NCBI RefSeq assembly: GCF_037042905.1
Contig: NC_087246.1
Span: forward strand, 6,450,001-6,514,000
Reading direction: 5' to 3'
Length of the DNA: 64,000 nucleotides
Source of the DNA: Lytechinus pictus
Lineage: Eukaryota
This document shows, piece by piece, positions 63,449 through 64,000 of this stretch (its first letter is position 1; the number at the start of each line of letters is the position of its first letter). The translations under genes were made by a program, and so were the position numbers. The notes beneath the pieces are model-generated. The model was given only the letters and a program-made list of their open reading frames with translations. It made no database searches and had not been told where the DNA came from.

Positions 63449-63700
63449 CAGTGTGCCACAGAGTGTGCCACAGAGTTTTCACAGTGTGGAGCACAATGTC
63501 AAATCACCTTCACACTATTAAATTTGAGCATTTAAACCATACTCGATCATGTGAACACGCTGTGAACAGCCACACTGTCGATGTGTCCACACAGTGTGAA
63601 AATATCTTCACACTGTTGAAATCTGAGCATTTTAACAGTGTGAATAATATTTTCATACAGTCCACTGGCTATGTGAACACACTGTGGTAACACTGTTTGA
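63449..63700. repeat. Degenerate repeat with recurrent CACAGTGTG/CACACTGT motifs
   Basis: Multiple direct and inverted copies. CTTCACACT.TT.AAT.TGAGCATTT.AAC is duplicated at about 63508 and 63606. Confidence 0.55.
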
Positions 63701-63859
63701 CACTATTTTCTTTCCAGCATGGTTAGATGCATTTTTGACAAATTTGTCAATACCTTCCGGTAATTATCATGGTAAAAATGTTCGATTAATAGGCTATTAT
63801 TACCTTAGAGGTACTTTTTTATTGCAAAGTTAATATCAAGGGTAGATATCTTTCACAAA

Positions 63860-64000
63860 TAAGCAATGTTTGAGCGCCTATAGGCAGCCCAGCTAAAGCC
63901 GGGGTAATAATAATAGCAGGGCCCGCTGGGCATGCTGGGAGAACAGTTTTCAGAACTGAAGCGGCTTCCCTGGGTGAATAGACCTATTATATTATTATTA
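63860..64000 (+). mobile_element. Probable 3' end of a SINE/LINE with a (TTA)n tail
   Basis: GC-rich block ...GAAGCGGCTTCCCTGGGTGAATAGACC followed by TATTATTATTATTA at the window edge. Confidence 0.45.

Overview
AT-rich, repeat-dense animal genomic DNA. It is not prokaryotic; the repeat repertoire suggests an echinoderm such as a sea urchin, which is an inference. Two host protein genes are supported, both on the + strand with uninterrupted CDSs: a tandem pair of divergent PTB/PID-domain (FAM43-like) adaptors at 36355-37353 and 49927-51507. The rest is largely transposable-element derived. There is a near full-length, frame-intact I-group LINE (2122 to about 8200, minus strand) whose ORF2 lacks an AUG before the endonuclease. 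Positions 8.7-22 kb hold a deeply nested cluster of non-autonomous DNA transposons (Tc1-like, hAT-like, Kolobok-like and Academ-like foldbacks) whose insertion order can be read from TSDs and empty sites. Other elements are a tRNA-derived SINE with serial hairpin duplications, an L1/Tx1 remnant, many MITEs, and a 2.3-kb Penelope-like foldback carrying a candidate variant minimal hammerhead ribozyme in each arm. I found no convincing wholly new biological system. The best leads are the AUG-less LINE ORF1/ORF2 junction, the Penelope foldback with twin hammerheads, the ~190-bp-periodic YY1-motif foldback, and the PTB paralogue pair. Superfamily and family labels come from hand-read motifs, not database searches.
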